From a virus (lineage: Duplodnaviria; Caudoviricetes): DNA of 26,361 nucleotides. The notes beneath the pieces were generated by a model, which had not been told where the DNA came from, did no database searches, and worked only from the letters and a program-made list of their open reading frames with translations. The stretch is from the IMG/VR virus record IMGVR_UViG_3300044558_000064, positions 1 to 26,361 of that record; one strand, written 5' to 3'. Below, one piece after another: positions 26,029-26,361 of this stretch. The position numbers and the translations under genes are program-made. Each line of letters opens with the position of its first letter. Positions within the stretch are counted from its first letter, which is position 1.

Positions 26029-26254
26029 GGCATGTTCCTACTTTCCGTACGAGGTCTTCTCCAAAGATTACATTTAGGCCAGATCCGTTATCCCAGTGGA
26101 CCAGGATGCTTCCGGTGTCGTCGACTCCGTAGACTGTGCCAAGTGTTCCTTTGGGTGGGGCCTGCACATCATCCATTTTGACGAGCTCGACTCTCGTTCC
26201 GGCTGGGTAGCCGGAGCGAAGAATCGATAAGGTTTCTTTTCCAATGATGCTCAT
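26021..26254 (-). CDS. DUF4314 domain protein
   Basis: YPAGTRVELVKMDDVQAPPKGTLGTV.GVDD.G...V.WDNGSGL. Confidence 0.85.
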   Translation of the reverse strand: MSIIGKETLSILRSGYPAGTRVELVKMDDVQAPPKGTLGTVYGVDDTGSILVHWDNGSGLNVIFGEDLVRKVGTCHD

Positions 26255-26361
26255 GCGTTAGCTTCCTCCTTTGCTTCTGGGGTATTTCTAAACGCGGAGT
26301 TTCCGGATAAATTCCGTAGAAGTATCTTCCTATCAAGTTTGTAATCCGGCCCGATAAATCC
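26251..26361 (-). CDS. C-terminal end of a conserved phage protein (commonly labelled virulence-related protein); partial
   Basis: GFIGPDYKLDRKILLRNLSGNSAFR...; stop overlaps the DUF4314 start. Confidence 0.65.
   Translation of the reverse strand, partial: GFIGPDYKLDRKILLRNLSGNSAFRNTPEAKEEANA

Larger units (their letters stand above)
1..26361 (-). mobile_element. Siphovirus-type phage/prophage segment (packaging, head, tail, lysis, cargo, start of replication module); extends beyond both window edges
   Basis: Contiguous canonical phage gene order; genes are truncated at both window ends. Confidence 0.97.

Noticed and set aside
5852-26181. Many plus-strand and alternate-frame ORFs in the track, and N-terminal extensions of holin, capsid and the 25052 ORF
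   Set aside because: They are shadows of well-supported minus-strand genes with no recognisable motifs; the downstream starts have strong SD sequences.

Overview
The window is part of a Firmicutes-type siphovirus genome or prophage, with almost all genes on the minus strand. Read in transcription order (right to left) it has small pre-terminase genes, the terminase large subunit, an inserted HNH/AP2 endonuclease, and an HK97-type portal, Clp protease and capsid. Head-tail and tail genes follow, including a -1 frameshifted chaperone pair, an inserted membrane-protein gene, the tape measure and tail-tip proteins, and then holin and amidase endolysin. The left end holds the start of a replication module (DUF2800 Cas4-like nuclease, DUF2815 SSB, family A DNA polymerase). 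No integrase or repressor lies between the lysis and replication modules. That ~2.9 kb interval (2760-5650) is the most interesting part. It contains an origin-like AT tract flanked by inverted GGAACA-type hexamers and a plus-strand cassette: sigma-A promoter, c-di-GMP-I riboswitch, and a secreted surface protein gene whose signal peptide is out of frame at a G7 tract. A separate candidate small RNA with its own promoter and terminator follows. All family assignments come from motif recognition, not database searches.
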